DNA of 63,575 bases, counting the filler, from Octopus bimaculoides (lineage: Eukaryota), in assembly GCF_001194135.2 (NCBI RefSeq). It is 5 parts of 5 records of this genome, joined end to end, with 100 filler letters (N's around TTAATTAATTAA, not from the genome) between each part and the next. Parts side by side here need not be neighbours in the genome. Positions count along the whole stretch, not along the records: positions 1 to 30,969 come from NC_068983.1; 4 more parts are not named here. The stretch is one strand, 5' to 3'. Every line of letters starts with the position of its first letter. Position 1 is the stretch's first letter. A program made the translations under genes and the position numbers. Below the pieces are notes generated by a model, which had not been told where the DNA came from, did no database searches, and saw nothing but the letters and a program-made list of their open reading frames with translations. Positions 13,184 through 25,930 of this stretch are shown one piece after another.

Positions 13184-13596
13184 TATGTCATAAACACACA
13201 TGTATGTATGTGTATCTATATGTAAACCAGTGTATATGTATACATAAAGGTATTTTCATGGTTGCATGTTTTACTGAAAGTGATGCAAAAGTAGGTGTGA
13301 CTGTTATTAACTGACATGTTGTTCAAACTCACATGTTGGGTGAGAAACTTCCTATGTACAATGGTAGCTACTCCACACCCTCTACATCAGATGTGATGTG
13401 TTTGTGTCATCATTGAATCCACCGCTGGAATCATCTTTGAATGAATTCACGTGTGCACTGCTGTGTCCATCATTTTCACCAACTACTTTCACCTCATCTA
13501 TGTCACAAAATTATTGGGTCCAATAACTGTTATTTTCTTGGGCCAAATAGGGTAAGTTGGAGGGCTCCAGATCTGGGTTATGCTGTTGTTGGCACT

Positions 13597-13967
13597 CCGT
13601 TGCTTACGACGTCGAGGGTTCCAGTTGATCCGATCAACGGAACAGCCTGCTCGTGAAATTAACGTGCAAGTGACTGAGCACTCCACAGACACGTGTACCC
13701 TTAACGTAGTTCTCGGGGATATTCAGCGTGACACAGTGTGACGAGGATGACCCTTTGAATTACAGGCACAACAGAAACAGGAAGTAAGAGTGAAAGAAAG
13801 TTGTGGTGAAAGAGTACAGCAGGGTTCGCCACCATCCCCTGCCGGAGCCTCGTGGAGCTTTAGGTGTTTTCGCTCAATAAACACTCACAATGCCCCGTCT
13901 GGGAATTGAAACCGCGATCCTACAACCGCGAGTCTGCTGCCCTAACCACTGGGCCATTCCGCCTCCA
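13597..13967 (-). mobile_element. tRNA-derived SINE family C, full length
   Basis: Minus-strand head tggcccagtggttagggcagcagactcgcgg...ggtttcaattccc (A/B boxes). The 3' body is shared with 36850-37165 and 41655-41972. Confidence 0.8.
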
Positions 13968-15611
13968 CTGGGTTATGCAGTGAATGGTGAATCAATGACC
14001 AGCCCAATTTGTCAATTAATTTGCCTGGTTTGTTGTTGAAGATGTGTGTGGTTGTGCATTGTCATGCTGCAAGTAGATTGTTTTTAATTTCTTCTTTAGT
14101 TATTTTTTCTCCTTATGTTTTTCTCTAAATATGTTGTATTTTTCAATCTATCGCATGCTGTTCACAGTACAGCCATGTTTCTTCAGCTCAAGGAAAATTA
14201 TGCACTTGTCATCTCTGTAATTGTCACTGTGTCTTTCTGTGCTGATTGTTGGCTCTTGAACTTCTTAGATCTTGGAGTAAACATGTCCAGAATGAAATAG
14301 GACCAAGTGATGAGGATGATGCATGTACAAATGGAAAGTTGAATGATGAAGCAGTGTTTATCACATGACAAAATTGTGGCTAGTATCAATAAGTCATCAG
14401 TAACTAACCTTGTTGATTGTGAAGGTTATGGGGATATATATTTGTTAAGGTCAGTACTGCAAAACATTTGATCGTCTCGCTGGATAATATTAGTTGTAGT
14501 AGCTTCTAGAATTGCAGCACTTTCAATCCTATAAGGGTCACGAGGGCAAAGACCTCACACATGTCAAATGCAACCATCAGCAAATGTTTCCACTGAATGT
14601 CTAAGCAAGTCTAGCTGAGGCCATGATATTATCCAATCACTTCAGTTGTGGTATACTCTTGTGTCACCATCCATATAGCCTTGCCCATCAAAATATGTCT
14701 TGTAACTCCTTTCTTACATATTCTAACCTCCTGTTCATAGTGCCAGTGCTGTGTCTTCTCAGTGTGAAGAAGTAGTGACTTGACCTGGCTTGACTTTTAT
14801 CTCCAAGTTATGCATCCTATTCCAGGAACCCTTCAGAGAAATCCCGCTTTTGCCACTTCTATTTGCATTCATACTCTTTTGGTCATTCTCCAAAATTCAC
14901 AACCACAGGTAAAGTTAGGCCTGAAAGCTGAATGGAAGAAAGTGATTTTTCCTTTTTTCCCCTTCTCCTTCCCTATTGTATAATGACTGAGTATGGTTTC
15001 TGAAGTATATATTACATCAGTGTCTACGATTCTTGTATTCATTTAAGCATCTTAGTTTCCATCACTCACGTCTCATTTAGTTTTGCACTTGCACAACCAA
15101 TTCCAAAATCATCAATAATCCTTTGAGATGAAGCTCTAATGATGTCGCATTATGTATTCAAAACAGTAGATCGTTCACTTCAACATATAATGCAGAAACA
15201 TGTACCATTTGTTGGTAAGTTTATTGTGATTTGTAGTTACTGCCATCAGATCCTCTCGGTCAAAAAGAAAGGCAACTTATGTATTCACAGTTGCTATTAC
15301 TGTAAACTTGTCATTATCCTCAGAATTAAGATGATGCTATTCATTTCAATGCCAACAATTTCCAGTATGACATGCCTTTGCATTATCTCTCAACGAATTA
15401 CTTGGGTAGAGTCTACAAAAGGCTGGTTTATATTTCAAATGCAAAACATTTATTCATACAGCAACTGTTTGTTGCACATCACCAGCAAGTATAAGGGCAC
15501 TGGCATCATTGTAATGCTTTATAGGATCAAAAACACTCTTAATGATAAAGTGTCTCTGATTAATCTGCTACTCCAGTTTACATATTCAATGACAAAAGTA
15601 CAATTTTAGTT

Positions 15612-15890
15612 GTAAGGCAGGTGGCTTAGTGGTTAGGGTAATATATTCACAATCATAAGGTATTGAGTTTGATTCCCAGTGGCATATTGTGTCCTTGAGC
15701 AAGACACTTTATTTCACATTGCTCCAGTCCACTCAGTTGGCAAAAATGAGCTGTACCTGTATTTCAAAGGGCCAGCTTTGTCACATTCTGTGTTATGCTG
15801 AATCTCCCCGAGAACTATGTTAAAGATACTTGTGTTTGTGCAGGCTGTTCTGAACCTTCGTCGTTGTAACTGGTGGGGTGCCAGTTATAG
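15612..15890 (+). mobile_element. SINE family C variant with CORE-like domain
   Basis: gtggcttagtggttaggg head; gtgtccttgagcaagacactttatttcacattgctccagtccactcag. Confidence 0.75.
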
Positions 15891-16142
15891 TTTACACTTG
15901 TTGAAGTAGTATAGTATGGCTCAATGCTTTTCTTACTGCCATTTCTTACTTGTTTCCAAGTAAGGTGCTGCTTATTCCTCTGGTCTTTCAAATGACAGAA
16001 TGCTCAAGTGGCTGGACACTGTTACGTAAATGCTAACATTGTTTCACACTAGGTTTCACAATGTCAAATGGGAAAACACACACACACACACACACACAGA
16101 GGTTTACTTACATACACATATGTTTGTGTGTGTGTGTGTGTA

Positions 16143-16305
16143 TACGATGGGCTTCTTTCAGTTTCCGTCTACCAAATCCACTCAAGGCTTTGGCCGGCCC
16201 GAGGCTATAGTAGAAGACACTTGCCCAAGGTGCCACGCAGTGGGACTGAACCCGGAACCATGTGGTTGGTAAGCAAGCTACTTACCACACAGCCACTCCT
16301 GCGCA
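16143..16305 (-). mobile_element. SINE family A 5' half, apparently young
   Basis: Very close to the family A pattern seen in the other copies. Confidence 0.85.
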
Positions 16306-16867
16306 TATTTAATTTATTTCCATTTATTACAAAGATCTTAAAATTTCTATACATTGGTGATCATGTATAGTACTATTTCATTCTTTTTTAGAAATCGACA
16401 TCATGATATAATCTGTAACCTAATAATTAAACATTTTATGAAGTGAGACATTTCATTAAAGATGGAAATGATTACAGTCTGGAGGAAATTAAGGGAATGT
16501 GTTTATTTTTGTTCTGTTATTTTGAGTCCAAAGTTGGATATAGCAATGCTAGCTTGCTTTGATACTGAGGATTAATAACTTTCAAATGATAGCATTGATT
16601 TAAGCTGCTAGTAACAAGATTGCAAGGATGAAATAACACTAGATTTCAAGTACTTACAGCTTGGAAATTTATTTCTCTAATAGTAACTGCTTCTCATAAA
16701 ATACCATGCAAATACAGTGCATAAGTTCCTGGTAAATGGAAAAATGTATCATGTGTTTGATAATATCAATAGAACAATTCCTTGAGCTTCTGCACTTCTA
16801 TCTAGCCACATTCTGAAACTGATAGGGTTCTTCCCCAACTCTTTCTCTCTCTCTGTCACTAATAATA

Positions 16868-16930
<63 letters not shown>

Positions 16931-16964
16931 GTGGTGGTGATGGTGGTGATGGTGGTGATGGTGG

Positions 16965-17002
<38 letters not shown>

Positions 17003-17030
17003 GTGATGGTGGTGGTGGTGATGGTGATGG

Positions 17031-17062
<32 letters not shown>

Positions 17063-17063
17063 G
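16868..17063. repeat. (GAT)n/(GGT)n compound microsatellite
   Basis: Direct inspection. Confidence 0.95.
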
Positions 17064-17480
17064 TTAATGTCAAGCCTTGAGTAGAAGTTTTGACAATTAG
17101 ATTTAAATTATCTTCAATGACTCTGGTTTAAACTGCTGTCAATCTCGTTATGAAATTACGTTACAGTGAGGGGGCCTTAACTGGAAATAGAACTATCAGA
17201 AAAATATGCATATGTAAATAGGCGTTCACCTATAAATACTCATAGTATTTATATGGTGTTCATGTGTTATAGGAGCTTTTATGGATTTCAGTAATATACG
17301 AGCAAGCTCACTCGCTATGCTGCACTGGGGAAACATTTATAAAAATTTATTCGTTTCTTGCAAGTTGTTGCATGAACACAACTAATGCTAACTAATCAAT
17401 GAATTTTATCAATCCTCTCAAATATATACGAAACTTTGTTTAACTTGTATCATTACTTATTTCAGAAATATGTAAACATC

Positions 17481-18383
17481 CAAAGTGTGTTCGTAAAGTA
17501 TTCAACTTTATCTTTTCCTGCCAAAATTAATGCTATGTGGGCAAAAGCCCTTGGGTGGGAGGTGATACCACCTTTCCTGTACATGTGTGAAACTCTTCAC
17601 ACCGGTAGGTAATGTCAGTTCCCAACTGTTATACTTAGAGGACAGAGGTTTAGTGCATGCTCATTTTCACTGAATGCACCAGGCAGAGATATTGCATCAA
17701 GTTTATTCAAAAACTTGGTGATACTCAAGCTCAAACCATCCAGAAGATTCAACAGATCTGTGGTGATGATGCCATAGGTAAGACTCAGATGAAGGAGTGA
17801 TACAACCACTTTCAACATGGCTCCACCTCAGGAGAGAGCAAGGAACGCTCAAGCAGGCCATCCACAAGCCAAATGAGGAACTGATTGAAAAGGTTTGATG
17901 AATAGTCATGGAAGACCGTTATGTAATAGTCTAGTAAATTGGTCATGAAATGGCAATAAACACAGGATCAGTGCATTCCATTTTAATGGAGGATTTGTGT
18001 ATGCAAAGAGTGCTGACGAAATTTGTCCCTAAAGTGCTGGCAGAGCAGCAGAAATAATTCCGCATGGAAATTGCTCAAGACCTGCTGTAATGTTCAAATC
18101 ACAACCCAGATTTCATGAAGACCATCATCACTGATGATGAGACATGGGTTTGTTGGTCTCTGTTCGATGTGCTCAGCCATCTTGCATGAAAATAAAAATC
18201 TGACAAGTCCACACTACACATCTGTACTCTTGGCATAACAGCTGGAAACTGATGTAGCTTACTGGTGTGAAAGTTTTCACCTAAGCATAGGAAAGTGGCA
18301 TTACCTGTTACCCAAAGGATATTGCCCATGCAGCATTAGTTTTGGTGGGAAAACAAAGTAGGATACTTTTTGGGTGCACCTCA
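17481..18383 (+). mobile_element. Decayed, internally deleted mariner element
   Basis: KFVPKVLAEQQK*FRMEIAQDLL*...PDFMKTIITDDETWV at ~18019-18150. Degenerate TIRs at 17481-17520 and 18345-18383, followed by TA. Confidence 0.7.
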
Positions 18384-19332
18384 TAACTCTTAAAATATAT
18401 AACCGTGCAACTAATCCCAACTCCTTAAAATTACTGGCCTTGTGCTAAAATTTGAAACAATTATTATTACTGTTATCTTAATACAATTTATTGTGATATT
18501 ATTGTCATGTCAGAAATGATGGCACAGATGGTGACATACTGTGCAGCAGTTAATTTCATTGATTAATGACTGAGTTCAAATCCTGCTAGGCAGCTTCAAA
18601 ATTGTATTCTATCACACCATTGATCTGCAAGAAATGTTTACTATATTTAATTCTATAGACTATAGCTGCTCCAACACATTATATGTGTGTGTGTGAGTGT
18701 GTTTGTAGGCAAAATATACAATAGAAATTTATATATAGTCAAGGAGGCCACCAACTGACTACCATTATTTCTTGTCATTTCTGCCTGAAGCAGAATGTGC
18801 ACTGACATGAGATAGTTGCCTTCATAGTATGAATCTATGTTACTGGACATACCTCATGTTAGCCATACACTTCCATGATGGCTTAGGGCATGTTGAAAGA
18901 GGGGTATTAACTTTGGAGTTTTCCTTCTCCTAGACTGATTGTTGTTACAGCGGCTAAGGATCTCAGTTTAGCCTTACAAAAATCTATTTGACTCTTAGAT
19001 GAGACCCTGACAGTTGCTATTGTTTTGGGTAAAAAACATACCCAGTGAATACTGGTAATTAAGAGTTGACTCCATGCTCCCCAAAACTCCAAAACTCCTA
19101 AACTGGAGCCTCACCCCTGGATGCAGTTTAATGTCATACCCAGGTTATACCAACTGACCAGGGTACACCAAGACTAAACTAACATAGTAAACAGAGATGA
19201 CAATATTGGGGTTCTTCATTTGGTTCACATTCATCCATCAAAGCTGTGAGGACCATCTAGTCATCTTTAAGGATGACTGATCACTTGTATGGTGACTTTG
19301 ATTAAAGTGAACAAGAATTGTGCATCGTCAAC

Positions 19333-19368
<36 letters not shown>

Positions 19369-20467
19369 ATATATATNNNNNNNNNNNNNNNNNNNNNNNN
19401 NNNNNNNNNNNNNNNNNNNNNNNNNNNNNNNNNNNNNNNNNNNNNNNNNNNNNNNNNNNNNNNNNNNNNNNNNNNNNNNNNNNNNNNNNNNNNNNNNNNN
19501 NNNNNNNNNNNNNNNNNNNNNNNNNNNNNNNNNNNNNNNNNNNNNNNNNNNNNNNNNNNNNNNNNNNNNNNNNNNNNNNNNNNNNNNNNNNNNNNNNNNN
19601 NNNNNNNNNNNNNNNNNNNNNNNNNNNNNNNNNNNNNNNNNNNNNNNNNNNNNNNNNNNNNNNNNNNNNNNNNNNNNNNNNNNNNNNNNNNNNNNNNNNN
19701 NNNNNNNNNNNNNNNNNNNNNNNNNNNNNNNNNNNNNNNNNNNNNNNNNNNNNNNNNNNNNNNNNNNNNNNNNNNNNNNNNNNNNNNNNNNNNNNNNNNN
19801 NNNNNNNNNNNNNNNNNNNNNNNNNNNNNNNNNNNNNNNNNNNNNNNNNNNNNNNNNNNNNNNNNNNNNNNNNNNNNNNNNNNNNNNNNNNNNNNNNNNN
19901 NNNNNNNNNNNNNNNNNNNNNNNNNNNNNNNNNNNNNNNNNNNNNNNNNNNNNNNNNNNNNNNNNNNNNNNNNNNNNNNNNNNNNNNNNNNNNNNNNNNN
20001 NNNNNNNNNNNNNNNNNNNNNNNNNNNNNNNNNNNNNNNNNNNNNNNNNNNNNNNNNNNNNNNNNNNNNNNNNNNNNNNNNNNNNNNNNNNNNNNNNNNN
20101 NNNNNNNNNNNNNNNNNNNNNNNNNNNNNNNNNNNNNNNNNNNNNNNNNNNNNNNNNNNNNNNNNNNNNNNNNNNNNNNNNNNNNNNNNNNNNNNNNNNN
20201 NNNNNNNNNNNNNNNNNNNNNNNNNNNNNNNNNNNNNNNNNNNNNTTTTTTTTTCTAAAAAAACATTATGAAACCATTACTAAAATTTTCTGAAAAATCC
20301 TCATCAAAAAGTTTCTCAGAAAAATTTGTTCATTACTATTATTACTTTTATCTTGTGTCTATGCAATCTGGTGCAATTTACTATCTACTTTTTTTTTTTT
20401 AGAAATTCCACAGTTGTTAAACCTTGCAAAATATTCTGATTATGAACATGGTTTGTTGTTGTGCTTG

Positions 20468-20527
20468 TTATTGTTATTATTATTATGATTATTATTATTA
20501 TTATTATTATCATTATTGTTATTATTA

Positions 20528-20585
<58 letters not shown>

Positions 20586-20612
20586 CATCATCATCATCAT
20601 CACCACAACCAC
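20468..20612. repeat. (ATT)n/(ATC)n microsatellite
   Basis: Direct inspection. Confidence 0.95.
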
Positions 20613-20892
20613 CACTATTATCATTTATATGATTATTGGTATGAAAAAGAATAAACAACCTTAATTTTGTCAAGCAGTTTCTTTACCTTCTAAATTCTCG
20701 CATTTTTTTTTGTTTTTTTTTTTTTGTTTTTCGTTTTTTGGTTAATGTCTGTATCCAAATTAACATCTTAAGCATATCAATTTCTCTAATGTGGAACTTC
20801 GAAGTTTTTTGGGTTTTTTTTTTTTATGTATATAAAGTCTTTATCAGCTGATTACATTCAAGACTATACATTTATCTTCCTGGAAAAATACA

Positions 20893-20897
<5 letters not shown>

Positions 20898-20926
<29 letters not shown>

Positions 20927-21350
20927 GCACCGTCCTTCCCTGTCTTTATCTCATTCTTTTTCTCTCTCTCTTTATCTCCCTCCTTCTCTGTCTTTCTCTC
21001 CTTCCCTCTTTGTTTCTCTTTCTTCCTGTACCTTTCTACCACTCTCTATTTTTCTTTCACTTGTTCACTCCTCCCCCCTCTCTCTCTCCCTCCTTTTCTC
21101 ACTTTATCTCATTCTTTCTCTTCCTCTCCCTCCCTCTTGTCTCCCCTTCTCACTCCCTCTTTCTCTCCCTCCTCATCTCTTTTTGTGTCTTTCCCTCCTC
21201 TCTCTTGCTTTCTCTGTCTTTGCTTCCCTTCTCCTTTCTCCCACTCTCTATTTTCCTTTCTTCTTCCCCCCCCCCTGTTTCTCCCTCTCTCTCTCCACCC
21301 TCTCCTCTCTCCCCTTTCTCTCCCCCCACTTCCGCCACTCTGTTCTCTGG
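20898..21350. repeat. ~450-nt C/T-rich low-complexity tract
   Basis: Almost purely pyrimidine on the plus strand. Confidence 0.9.
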
Positions 21351-21736
21351 AGTTTTTTTTTGACTAAAATTAGACGACATTGCTTACATCGTTTGGTGCC
21401 CTTTTGGCGGTTCCTTTCAATTCATATTTGACAATAAGTGAAATTTTTTTTTTCTCCTCTATCTTACTTCGTATTATTATTAACTAGTACACACAATTGT
21501 TTACGATTTCCAAAAAAAAACCCAAAAAATACAAACAAACAAATAAACAAAATTGGCTATAAGTATTTAAATTATAGTTTTCTGATGTTTGATATAAATA
21601 TTTTATTAATTTTATGGCTGTCAGTTTCAGATCAATAGCCTGTAAATATTCTCTGATAGCCAAGGTAAAATGAAGGAGACAATTCCATTTCTTGGCAGCA
21701 ACAATTTTTTTTTTCTTGTTTTAACAAATCAGCATA

Positions 21737-21860
21737 CAAATTTATTTATTTATTTATTCTATTTATTTTATTTTTTTATTTATTTATTTATTTATTTACT
21801 TATTTATTTATTTATTTTATTTATTTATTTATTTATTTATTTTATTTATTTATTTATTCT
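21737..21860. repeat. (TTTA)n microsatellite
   Basis: Direct inspection. Confidence 0.9.
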
Positions 21861-23352
21861 GTTTATCTTATTTCTTCAGAAAGTAAGTTTATCTTACAGC
21901 TTTAAAGCAGATGCTGGTCTCTAATTGGAGCTGTGTAAAGAAGAAAAGTAAAGTAGATTTAGATTTAAAATTATACTTACCTACATATGTATATATGTGT
22001 GTGTATGTGTGTGTGTGTGTATACACATATATACATACATACATGCAATAACACACATACATATGTATATATATTTGTATGTACGTACATACATATGTAT
22101 GTATATGTATATATGTGCATATATAAATACACATTATGTAATGCGTATATATGCATGTGTATATATATCATCATCATCATCATCATCATCGTTTAACGTC
22201 CGCTGCTTTTACCTCTAGCTTATTGTAATTAGCTCACAAAACATCTTAATCATGATATCTTTTTAGTAAATTCCTAACTCATAACAATTTGGAATCTCAC
22301 AAGTATTCCTAGTATCAAAAATTTTGCTTTAAAATTCCATCGCAGCAAATAGCTAAAAAGACAATTTTACAGTCAACCAACATATTAGTCATAAGTTCAT
22401 GTCACTTGATTCCAGCTTTGGAGTATGAAAGGATATTGAGCAACTGAGCATCCACTCTTTTGAAATCTGTTGGCTCACCTCCACTGTTTTGTAGTCCACA
22501 GGACTACAAAAGGTGCCTCAGATACAGACTGCTTCATCCAGCATCAGCTATTGGAACTGAAACACAGCCAGTGGGAATCCCTCTTTAGTTGTCAAGTTGC
22601 AAACAAGACAGAGAGGATGTTACTCGCTTAAGGAACATGAACTGTATGTTCCCTTCACAACATCAAAGTGGACAAACAAGAAAGAAAAATTGTGTTCATT
22701 ACAGAAGAACTGTCTTGCAATAAAGATGTATATAACTTTAGAGGTCGAATTTAATTTTTCCATCAAATTACACTTTTACGGAAATTTGCTGGCCGATCAG
22801 AAGAAGTAAGTGATGGTCATTTGATGTCTCCTGTCCATTGTCAGCAAGATTCGAGCCTGTTTCCTGATCAACCATCTTCTGGGACACCAAGAACAAAACC
22901 TGTTGTTCCTAGAGAGTTAATGTGGTTTCCATACTGGTCATTAAACTATGAACTTAATCTCTGCCATACTTGAACTCCAGGAAAGGTACGAAAGGCAACA
23001 CTACATCTCAGACATGCTGGAGGCTTTTTGATATGGAGGACAGTAACAGTTTGTGGAGATCATGAAAAAAACTGGCCACATGAGCAGTAGCCTCTGTTCA
23101 GTTAAAAAGATAAAAAGAGAAAATATGATAGGAGAAAGAACATTATAGGGGTGAGAGGGTGGTAAAGGGGGGAGTAATGGAAGCAATACAATGAATGGTA
23201 GCTACATGTCTGTTGATATGGAGGGTGAATAGGAAAACAGCAAGGACAGCATGATGGGAGAAGAGAGTGTAACAAGAAGGAGGAAAGGTGATGGATTTGA
23301 GGGAGGATGTATAAGTGATTAATATTCATTATGAGTGATAGAAGGGGGAGTA

Positions 23353-23392
<40 letters not shown>

Positions 23393-23632
23393 CTGATGAA
23401 TGTCAGTAAGGAATTAGGAATTGAGAGAGAGTTAACAGAAGAGAGTGTGATGAAAGAAAACAAACTAGGGCAGGAGGATAGGTGATAGAAGAATATGGCA
23501 GGAGAAAGGATATGATAAGGGCGTGAAGAATGAGAATGGTAAATAACAGAAAGGCAATAATAGGCAATGAATTATGGGACTAAACCAGATGTAGATAATA
23601 TTACAACCCAACCTCTGTCAGCATCACTTTAA

Positions 23633-24096
23633 CCCTTTAGCATTTAAACCAGCCATATCTGGCCCAAATATTCTCTGTTTTATGTTCAGGTCTGGTGTCT
23701 CACATGTACCCAACAATGTCATTCTAACATGGAAAATTGCTGCAATGCTGCATGATAGTGGTGTCAGACATGGCATGCAACTTGTTTGACATTTGCATTT
23801 CATTTTCATTCTTCTCTTCCATTTTATTTTGACCTGCACATTGCATTTTTCTTCTTCTCTTCTGTGTTATGAAGCCATTGTGCACATGTGCATTGCGTGT
23901 TCATACAGCACTTGCCAGTTCCTACTCAACACTATTTACAGATCACAACCATCTCATGATCTTGCATTCGGGAGGAGAGTTTTGTGCTCCCCATGGTAAT
24001 AAAAATATATACAATCGCATGATCTAAATCTTGAAGCTACAAAATAATGAATGACTAAGTTGAAACAAAGTGAATAAATAATCTGAATGCAAAAGG
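23633..24096. mobile_element. piggyBac-like MITE (TTAA|CCCTTTAGCATT...AATGC-AAAGG) carrying an internal insertion
   Basis: TTAA at 23629-32, CCCT start and a matching inverted end. The body resembles 24766-24986. Confidence 0.6.
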
Positions 24097-24765
24097 TTAC
24101 ATGTCCATTTTACCATGCTTGCACTAATGGGTGAGTCTTCTGCATTGCGTATTTCCACTTGTTACAGTCATCCCCTTCATGAGTTCTACTCCTTTGAGGT
24201 CAGTTTTGATCACTTCATCTCATATCTTCCTTTGTCTCCATTTCCTGCAGATACCATTCACTTTGTACACTCTGCACTATCCCTATACACTAGCATTACA
24301 TATTCAATAGAGCATGTTCATTTCTTTCCTTTCTAGACTCTGCTAATCCTCTGCATTCACATCTTGCTACATGCATCACATACATCACGTAAACTGCCTT
24401 TTGCTTTGAGAGAAAAACCCATTGTTCTCAGCAATGATAGTAGTTTCCTGAACTTCTTTTCTAGTTGTTCTTATTGAAGCTACTCTGTTTTCAAAACACC
24501 CACCTGCTCTGCTAATTAGGTTGCATAGATATTTGAAAAATATCTATTACATTTGTACTTTTACTGATAATTGCTGAAGAACATTTAACCCATTTGAGGT
24601 CTACTTTTTCTGTTAGCTTGACTGTGATACCAGTCCACTTCTTGTTCATCAATAGTTTACGCTGAGTACACTCTATGGAATTCCTACCTACCCTTTACTG
24701 CAGTAAAGGGTGCTTTCTTTCTTTTCTCCTTACTAATATTTTAGTTTCTGCAATGTTTGTTTGAA

Positions 24766-24986
24766 TCCTTTTGCATTTTAACCAGCCATATCCAGCCAAA
24801 ATATTCAATCAGTTCTATGTTCAAATTGGCCAGATCCAGTCTCTTACGTCTACCCTGCAATGCCATTCTAAAGATAAACAATCACATCATTGAAATCTCA
24901 AATGCAACAAAATACTGCATGATTAATTAAAAACAATGTAAACAAATAAGCATTACATTTGACAGAGTCATCTGAATGCTAAAGGG
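24766..24986. mobile_element. piggyBac-like MITE, second copy
   Basis: Ends tgaatgctaaaggg|TTAA; the left end is degenerate (tccttttgcatt). Confidence 0.6.
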
Positions 24987-25614
24987 TTAAGGTTTCTCAG
25001 TGTAGGTTTGCTAGGGAGTCTAAAATTTCTTCTCTAAACTATCTACAAATTCAACCATAAGGACTGGATCATCGGCACAGGATTTCCCCATTGGCAGCTA
25101 GTTTTAGACTTATTTGTTATAAACACGACTATAATGAACANNNNNNNNNNNNNNNNNNNNNNCTGATAGACTTCTCTCTACATGCTAAATTCCTCATTAA
25201 ACTCATAGCTAATGTTCACATTGCTAACCTCATTCCTGTGCATAGCTTGTTCAGCTTTTACACACAATTTATCTATCCCTAATTTCCATTTATCCCTTCC
25301 AGGCTACAAAATATAGAGCCCTATCAAAGCCAGATTGCTAAATGCTAGGTAGAGTAACTGAGTCTGAGCTTAGTATTTCTCCTTTAGTTTTTTCACTAGG
25401 AAAGCATCCAGAGTACCTTTTCCTAATACGATTCTCTTCCTAATCAGTTGGGCTATAAGTCTTTCGCTGACTTTCATAATATGGTCCATCAATTTAATAC
25501 ATCTAAAGTATCCTTTTTCTAGTGCATGTCATTTCCTTTTATAGGAATTTACAAAGATACTGCTACACAAATCATTGAGTATGATACTTCCCTGTATTCT
25601 CTGATTGGTTATGT

Positions 25615-25930
25615 GACTATCATCATCATCATCATCATCATCATTTAACATTCTTTGTCCATACTGGACGGTGTAACCAGAGCTGGCAAGCCAGGGGACT
25701 GCACCACCAGACTCCAGTGTAATTTAGCAATTGTTTTTATGGCTGGATGCCCTTCCTAATGCCAACCACTTTACAGTGTGTGCTGGGTGCTTTTACATGT
25801 TCCCACACAGGCACTTTTATGTGCCACCGCATGGGTGATTTTACACGTCGCTACATGGGTGCTTTTTTACATGTCACAATGCAGATATTTTTATGTGATG
25901 CCACATGAGTGCTTTTACACACCTCCACAC
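25615..25930 (-). mobile_element. Family D retroposon copy
   Basis: (CAT)n start, ggatgcccttcctaatgccaaccac and repeated gcttttacatg units. Confidence 0.65.

Noticed and set aside
13900-13967. tRNA-like sequences (also 6205-6275, 15615-15680)
   Set aside because: They are SINE heads continuous with repeat bodies and lack a complete cloverleaf.
22487-22511. Perfect 11-bp hairpin ttttgtagtcc-aca-ggactacaaaa
   Set aside because: Short and isolated, with no element ends or other support.
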